From: a virus
DNA: 64,000 nucleotides
Strand: one strand, 5' to 3'
Virus record (IMG/VR): IMGVR_UViG_3300031957_002677
Span: 1 to 64,000 of that record
Made by a program: the position numbers and the translations under genes. This document shows positions 59,101 to 64,000 of this stretch, one piece after another (position 1 is the first letter of the stretch; every line of letters begins with the position of its first letter). A model generated the notes under the pieces. That model was not told the DNA's origin, made no database searches, and saw only the letters and a list, made by a program, of their open reading frames with translations.

Positions 59101-61759
59101 TTGTATTGATGATTTCTACTTGAGAACCAGCAGTCAAATTATGCGGTATTTCTGTTCTAATTGTTGCTTTACTATCAACAGAACTCCATTCAGCATCTGC
59201 AATAAACTTAAAGTTTCTGAACTCAGTTGAATTTGACAGTGTTTCACTATCAAAACTTAGGTATTTTGCGACTTCAGTATCGGAAGCACCATCAATATTA
59301 TTTGATTCTTGGATAATAAATCCATCAACAGGAGGTCTACCTAGTGTTGGAGAATCCTTTGGTAGAACATAACGCATTTTATAAATGCTTGCTTCAATAT
59401 TCCTATCAGATGGTTTTCTGAGTACAAATGTTCTTGGAGTCGTTTCACCTAGTTGTGCAACACCTCTATCATAAAGTTGCTTATAAATGCTTGCATCAGT
59501 GCTACCAGTAGATACATTAATATACCATTGACTTTGTGTTCCATCCCATTGAACTGGATGTCCAAGATCTCCAGCAGATTTATCAGATACTCTACTTACA
59601 ATATTAAGAATACCACCAGTATTGTTGAGAGTGATTGGGATATCATTGTTTGCGTCGTTTAGAGTTGCGGCAAGTTTTAATTGATTTGCTCCAAGTGCTG
59701 GATTGGGAGCAATTGCCGTAGTAATTGCATAATATACTCTTTCTTCCTCAACACCATCAGGTAGTCCACCATTTTCACTAATAACTCTAACAGTTTCACC
59801 ATTTAGGAAAGTGTGATTTCCTTGTAGAGTGAGTGTATTAGATAGAATGACGTTTACACCAGCAGTTTGTTTTACTTTGTGAATTTTTTCAGATATCTTT
59901 TCATTTACAGTGCCTTCAGTGTTAGGCATTACAACTTTAGAATGGTAGGTTGTAATTTCATTGCCTTCAGCAAGAAGAACCTTCAATGCTTCATCTTTAT
60001 TTGAACCAACACGATATCCATCAATGACTGTTGCTGGTGGAATATCGAAGTTATTCTCTTCATATAGGAATAGTTTGCTGGTTGTTGCAATACCTACAGC
60101 AGTAGTAACACCAACATCAATACCTAAGAATTCAATACCTGCCTCAACAGACTCAATTTCTTTTGGTGAAACTACGTGTGAAATATAACCAATATCGTCT
60201 CTTGCGAATGCATCTGGACGGAATCCTCTAGAAACAAGAGCTTTAGCACCAAAGTTAGAGTTGGAGTTAGTGATAGACGCATCACCACCAGACTCTAATA
60301 AGAAGTGGTTATTGAAACCAATTGCGAAGACCGAAACGATCTGTAGTAGTGAATTGTTACTACACTTAATATGGAAGTTTTCGTATGATGGTTTAAATCT
60401 TGCTTCGGAGTCTGTATGAATATTTTCATTACCTGCAGCAAGAGTTCCTTCATATAATCCAGTAGTTGAATTATACTTAACAAACGCATTATCATCCTTC
60501 TGAAGTCCAATTCCCGTGAATTGAGCTAGAACCATAGACTTAAATCCAGTTGCCTTTGATCCATCTGCATGGAGACCACACATACCAAAAACAGATCTCA
60601 ATGATATGTTAAAGATATATGGTGATGCGGATGTGACAGTATCAACAGAAATATTCAGTGTTGAACCAGAAGTTGATGCTGGTAGAGGATTATTTGGTGG
60701 AACAGATACTTGATATTTAATCTCTGTTGGTGATAGAACTTCAAATACGGCAAATTGTCCATCATAACCCTCATCAGCAATACCTTCAATACGAATTGGA
60801 GTATTTACATCTAGTCCAGGAACTTCAGTCTCTAAGGTGACTGTAATTTCTGTTGTAGCAATAGTACCATCACCAGACTTGATACTAGTAATACCTACTT
60901 CAGCACCAGTAGAACCAACAATACGGTATTCGTCAACCTTTGGTTCAATATCTAGAGTATCGGAAGGATAGTCTGGTGAAACTTCTCTTCCAGATGGTTT
61001 ACCATATGCAAAACCAACCTTTTGATAATACATCTCAAGGTCAGTATTTGTATCATTATAGACTAAGAAGTCATCATTAATAGATACTGGATTTACACCA
61101 TCAGCATATTCAAATACTGTGAGTTTATGGTGTGAGAAGTTGGGAACGAATGCGTTAGTTGTATAGTCTTTATATACAGTACCAGTCTGATCACCATCAA
61201 AGACGGAGAACTGCCACATGTAACATGCTCCCGTTACACGAAAAATTGCAGATCTTTCGATTTGGTCGTTTTCTGGGTTGGGAATGTACTTGGGAATAAT
61301 TTTGGTCTTTCTAAGATCAAGACCTACGAGTGATGTACCTCTAGGAATGATAACACCACCATTAATACTATTAATTTTATATAGTGCGTTATTGGGACTA
61401 TCTAGATCGAAGTTACTGTTGACATCTAGTGGTGGGAAGTCATCAGAAGTTGTACCAGATCTAAGTCTGTACGTGTTTGGTACTTGATCATGAATTGGTA
61501 TCCATCCTGGTCTATTATCTACGACGTGCTCACCAGGATAGAGTAAAATAGTTGTTTTACCAAACCTATCATTATTTTCTCCTGCTTGGTAGGAGAAACG
61601 AGCTGCCTCTAGCAGTGCTCTTTGAATTGTTTTAAATGGTCTTGCTAAAGAGTTACCCTTATTCTCAATGCTATCTGTAGAATCAAGACTTGAGGGATCT
61701 ACATAAAGAATCTCACCTTTGGTACTCTTTAGAAAATTATCCAGACGACTAAGACCCAT
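56198..61759 (-). CDS. Large tail fibre/tailspike-like protein
   Basis: Cyanomyovirus-type N-terminus MGLSRLDNFLKS...RPFKTIQRALLEAARF; beta-helix-like segment; ATAAATA at 61789-61795. Confidence 0.8.
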   Translation of the reverse strand: MGLSRLDNFLKSTKGEILYVDPSSLDSTDSIENKGNSLARPFKTIQRALLEAARFSYQAGENNDRFGKTTILLYPGEHVVDNRPGWIPIHDQVPNTYRLRSGTTSDDFPPLDVNSNFDLDSPNNALYKINSINGGVIIPRGTSLVGLDLRKTKIIPKYIPNPENDQIERSAIFRVTGACYMWQFSVFDGDQTGTVYKDYTTNAFVPNFSHHKLTVFEYADGVNPVSINDDFLVYNDTNTDLEMYYQKVGFAYGKPSGREVSPDYPSDTLDIEPKVDEYRIVGSTGAEVGITSIKSGDGTIATTEITVTLETEVPGLDVNTPIRIEGIADEGYDGQFAVFEVLSPTEIKYQVSVPPNNPLPASTSGSTLNISVDTVTSASPYIFNISLRSVFGMCGLHADGSKATGFKSMVLAQFTGIGLQKDDNAFVKYNSTTGLYEGTLAAGNENIHTDSEARFKPSYENFHIKCSNNSLLQIVSVFAIGFNNHFLLESGGDASITNSNSNFGAKALVSRGFRPDAFARDDIGYISHVVSPKEIESVEAGIEFLGIDVGVTTAVGIATTSKLFLYEENNFDIPPATVIDGYRVGSNKDEALKVLLAEGNEITTYHSKVVMPNTEGTVNEKISEKIHKVKQTAGVNVILSNTLTLQGNHTFLNGETVRVISENGGLPDGVEEERVYYAITTAIAPNPALGANQLKLAATLNDANNDIPITLNNTGGILNIVSRVSDKSAGDLGHPVQWDGTQSQWYINVSTGSTDASIYKQLYDRGVAQLGETTPRTFVLRKPSDRNIEASIYKMRYVLPKDSPTLGRPPVDGFIIQESNNIDGASDTEVAKYLSFDSETLSNSTEFRNFKFIADAEWSSVDSKATIRTEIPHNLTAGSQVEIINTISGFNTTGKANLGFNGTFIVDNIVSRKEFKIDILTNPGDFTSDTSIRNQNLPKLKKKKHNGTFVVYKSDEIQRYVQNEQDGVYHLTIINSSNTPNVSPFTGVKLSQPLDNLYPEYDRDNPKSDPDPARCFAVADPIGKVVINDPEKSITKETVISKLENNGIGIGITDILSQDEVNGYRHTIFTKSDHGLNRIIEVEIVDPGSNYGSGIGVTENLYNAELIGYGGSVTGDKATARVQVSSAGTLASIQIIDGGSAYGVGNTMSVVGIATTTGHTAGSVRVTKVYNNIGDSISIERVSDLYQDYNTTYQINDLSVGETNSFDVISATSVGIGSTISGIGELNASDAFAYLNGPAFNITNSDFTPATGIATFTTGINPHGLQVNDRVLIGGATGDSEAFNGEFLIQRVDSLTELVVNVGISTLATVTLGGSPAVYPTTLGAKGGEITIGDESFSSRLSIPYGNLYGSLALAMTKLDSTMNITDLDDLDLKIGDFILIDSEIMRVKQTVTGNPVQVYRGLLGTQAESHISGSAFRRIDAKPVELRRHSIIRASGHTFEYLGYGPGNYSTAFPDRHDRQLSASEEVLSQSFQEEGGFVVYTGMNSDGDFYISNKRVITTAGDEEVFSTPRPRFRGESKQIPDTKLGFNVIKASEVNVSDAVRVDGGDSKTTISQFDGPLLVNNKLTVTSNKGLESPSLFLQGEETVSRKYTVGVTQPASSVELVGEGAGNPGDIIFNGNPFKGQNAGWVYTTDNDWYPWGAISNKTDVFEIGGYFIGTFTGDGSGLYDVSDIWAIDATGIHTTRNVGFGSTNSSKADVSMYVEGNAEIRGTMKVFEIIENTTLDNSTVIGIGTTIVHADLDKSSIYYFTQDAGDNWAVNMRARAGLALTEFLEVSESITVAITTKQGPTPYYNDEVYIDDIRMSPRYYGSLAINTGNANSIDLYTYVLVRKSNTGDPVTDFDVLYSQSQYQ

Positions 61760-61820
61760 TGTATTAACGCGTTAAATTCCTATAGGTCTATTTATCAATA
61801 TAATTATAGTAATAATTTGA

Positions 61821-61913
61821 TGGAAGTGGTGGGACTCGAACCCACAACCGCGCACTAATCTGGTGCATACAGAAGGTATAAGCTTCTCGCTCTGCCAATT
61901 GAGCTACACTTCC
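61821..61913 (-). tRNA. tRNA with UAU anticodon (nominally Ile) and long variable arm
   Basis: Acceptor GGAAGTG/CACTTCC-A, D arm GCTC/GAGC, anticodon stem AGAAG-CTTATAC-CTTCT, ~25-nt variable arm, T arm GTGGG-TTCGAGT-CCCAC; CCA not encoded. Confidence 0.85.
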
Positions 61914-61918
61914 GAAAT

Positions 61919-62491
61919 TTATTTAAATGGTGGTCCTCCCATCCAACCAACTAATGAAAACCTTTTTCCCGATTTAATTGGTCTTACTCTATGTTGCAAT
62001 ATTGATGGAAACACTATAACTTCACCACAATCAAGTTTAATTGTTTCTTTCATTGTTGATGATGGCCAATATAGTTCAAATTCACCACCTTCATAATCAT
62101 CCTTTGATGATAAGCACATAACAATACTAAGTTTTCTAGTAAGTTTTTCAGATAAAGATTCGTTATCCACATCAATATGCCATCCATAATAATCACCTTC
62201 AGAATCATATACAGTAAATTGAATATGTTTTCTAAATCCATCTATATCAAAATTAAAATATAATGAATTTGCACTATTGGCAAAATGTGCCAACATTCCC
62301 GCAATCCAAGTATCATTATTAATCCAAAATACTTTTGATTTTCTATATTTGTAATTTACCGAATTGACTCCTCCATTTTTTCCCACTTCGGCAATATTTA
62401 ATTCATCTTCATTATAATACTTCTTTATAATTTCATCACAAATAATCTTAGGTATCTCTGAAGGAATTCTATAGTAGTTCAGTAGTGTCAT
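61919..62491 (-). CDS. 2OG-Fe(II) oxygenase (PKHD/prolyl-hydroxylase type)
   Basis: YGWHID...RKLS....LS..DDYEGGEF...VFPS..QHRVRP.KSGKRFSLVGW..GP. Confidence 0.9.
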   Translation of the reverse strand: MTLLNYYRIPSEIPKIICDEIIKKYYNEDELNIAEVGKNGGVNSVNYKYRKSKVFWINNDTWIAGMLAHFANSANSLYFNFDIDGFRKHIQFTVYDSEGDYYGWHIDVDNESLSEKLTRKLSIVMCLSSKDDYEGGEFELYWPSSTMKETIKLDCGEVIVFPSILQHRVRPIKSGKRFSLVGWMGGPPFK

Positions 62492-62642
62492 CTAATTGCC
62501 AAGTGGGTGGATGAAAAACGCAGTATTCGTTAAATGTTATTTTCATTTCCTTTTCTGTCAATCCACAATTCTTTGCAGCTTTTGGTAAATTCCATTTTGC
62601 GGAAAATAGCATTTCCATTGACTCTCGTGTTTTTGGTCGCAT
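62469..62642 (-). CDS. Conserved small cyanophage protein
   Basis: MRPKTRESMEMLFSAKWNLPKAA..CGL; likely start 62642. Confidence 0.7.
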   Translation of the reverse strand: MRPKTRESMEMLFSAKWNLPKAAKNCGLTEKEMKITFNEYCVFHPPTWQLDDTTELL

Positions 62643-62646
62643 AATT

Positions 62647-63105
62647 TTAAAATCCGTTTTCCTTTTGGAGTTCATAATATGTCAATGAACCCCACTCAAG
62701 TTTGCTACCTTTCCATCCTTGATCCATACTACGATAGGTATACCCATCAAATTCTACGAAACTTTTAAGTGATGTTTCACGAATGATTGGATCTGGATGA
62801 ATTAGTTCACCTTTATAGAATGTGTCTATGAGTGTGAACCTCATATCGAATGCAGGACTATGAGTCCAATCAGTCCCCCAGTTTTCAACAACGATAGAGT
62901 TATCTTTTACTAAGACCTTATGGCATCTAGCACGATAAGGACTTGATTCACCCTCATGATCATACCATTGCTTGATGGTCATTCTACCTTCATCACGAAG
63001 GTTTGTCCACACAATATGAACATGAGAATGATCTCGGGGACTTGATTGTGCTTGCTTTAAATTATTATACTTTCCTGCTAATTTTGATACAAACTCTTCA
63101 ATCAT
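62647..63105 (-). CDS. cpeT: CpeT/CpcT-type phycobilin lyase (auxiliary metabolic gene)
   Basis: G.YNN..QA...P.....V...W, QWY......PYR, S.D.G......WGS motifs. Confidence 0.8.
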   Translation of the reverse strand: MIEEFVSKLAGKYNNLKQAQSSPRDHSHVHIVWTNLRDEGRMTIKQWYDHEGESSPYRARCHKVLVKDNSIVVENWGTDWTHSPAFDMRFTLIDTFYKGELIHPDPIIRETSLKSFVEFDGYTYRSMDQGWKGSKLEWGSLTYYELQKENGF

Positions 63106-63290
63106 GCTGCTACATTTGGTTTGGTATAGAAGATCATTTCCTCATCAACTTTATCACGAACAACTTTGAAGACGTTCATGAACTCATCATAAGTATCACA
63201 CTTGACAACTTTCTCATTGCCTTGAGTTGAGAACAACGTGAACTGCCTCTTGCTCATATTGATGAGGACTGAATTAACGTACTCTTCCAT
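63102..63290 (-). CDS. Conserved hypothetical protein
   Basis: Likely start MEEYVNS, downstream of the promoter. Confidence 0.7.
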   Translation of the reverse strand: MEEYVNSVLINMSKRQFTLFSTQGNEKVVKCDTYDEFMNVFKVVRDKVDEEMIFYTKPNVAA

Positions 63291-63313
63291 GGTGTTCCCT
63301 GGTTTACCCACGT

Positions 63314-63342
63314 ATTATAGCAGGATCAGAGACCCGTGTCAA
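63314..63342 (-). promoter_or_regulatory. Consensus sigma70 promoter for the cpeT/oxygenase/tRNA unit
   Basis: TTGACA-17 bp-TATAAT. Confidence 0.8.
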
Positions 63343-63953
63343 CCCTCTTCGTCTTGCTCGATTACCAGTGGATCGATGTCCTTACGTTCTCCATAAATGT
63401 GATAGAAGCAATCGATTGGCATACCACCCTGTGCTTGAAGATATACTTTTTCAGCATCAAGTCTCTTTACAATAACATTCTGATGAGCACCAATAGGTGT
63501 CAGTGAAACAGTCATTGTCCTAACATCTACAAGATCTTTCCAATATGCAGGAAGATTAATTTCTTTCTGATTAGTTACTCTTCCACGAACATATACTGCA
63601 TGTTCTGGTCCTTCAAGACATCCGTGCCATAACCGAACACCTTCTTTATCTGGTGATGGGTGTGGAATATTAAATGCTTTCGAGTTTGCACTGAACGATC
63701 CTGCAGAAACCAAACCAGAAAATGCTGCGGTTGTTCCTGTTAAAGGACCAGCAAGAGTTAGTGATGTAGTGACTGTAAAGTTATCAATCTTTGCAGTGGA
63801 ATAATATCTATTTGGACAAGCCTCTGTTGGATAATCCTCTTCTGCAAGTAGAAACTGTTTAGTAATGTACTGATCAAGAGCAGATGGAACTCCATATGCT
63901 GCTCTATCTGCACAATCGGGACCATCAGGTCTGCTTCCTGGTGTAAATGTCAT
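63339..63953 (-). CDS. Structural protein with C-terminal chaperone-like domain
   Basis: KAFNIPHP...L.HGCLEGPE..VY.RG...LPAYW..LV...ERKD domain typical of fibre C-termini. Confidence 0.65.
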   Translation of the reverse strand: MTFTPGSRPDGPDCADRAAYGVPSALDQYITKQFLLAEEDYPTEACPNRYYSTAKIDNFTVTTSLTLAGPLTGTTAAFSGLVSAGSFSANSKAFNIPHPSPDKEGVRLWHGCLEGPEHAVYVRGRVTNQKEINLPAYWKDLVDVRTMTVSLTPIGAHQNVIVKRLDAEKVYLQAQGGMPIDCFYHIYGERKDIDPLVIEQDEEG

Positions 63954-64000
63954 TATTTTTCCTCAATGTTGTTTAGATTTTCTTTAACCATGTCTTTAAT

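Noticed and set aside
61845-61870. Extra tRNA sequence as an intron
   Set aside because: It lies at the variable-arm position and forms its own stem; it is not in the anticodon loop and is far too short for a self-splicing intron.
1134-63230. The many plus-strand ORFs and short nested minus-strand ORFs in the track
   Set aside because: They lie opposite or inside well-supported minus-strand genes and show no recognisable motifs; treated as shadow ORFs.
63953-64000. 3' end of another minus-strand gene
   Set aside because: Only about 15 codons are visible; the product cannot be assigned.

Overview
A 64-kb, AT-rich segment of a T4-like (myovirus) marine cyanophage genome; essentially every gene is on the minus strand. 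Left arm (1-20.3 kb): baseplate module (gp8 partial, gp9/gp10-like fibre, a 4129-aa gp7, gp6, gp25), a flavin-dependent halogenase-like gene and a GT2-like glycosyltransferase. Centre (20.3-44.5 kb): an early/accessory region of small ORFs punctuated by about 10 copies of a palindrome plus sigma70 promoter element. It holds a candidate replication origin with cyanobacterial-type DnaA boxes, a PvuII-like nuclease/adenine methyltransferase pair, a deaminase, a helicase and an NblA-like ORF. It also holds a 9-kb locus where seven 2OG-Fe(II) oxygenase genes surround two collar-type fibre paralogues, one with a ~250-aa Arg-rich, Lys-free repeat insert at its predicted tip, next to a highly acidic coiled-coil protein. 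That locus is my best candidate for an undescribed system (phage-encoded fibre modification). Right arm (44.6-64 kb): tail fibre/structural genes, a subtilisin-like protease, a long-variable-arm tRNA with a UAU anticodon, and cpeT. All family assignments come from reading motifs by eye; no searches were run.
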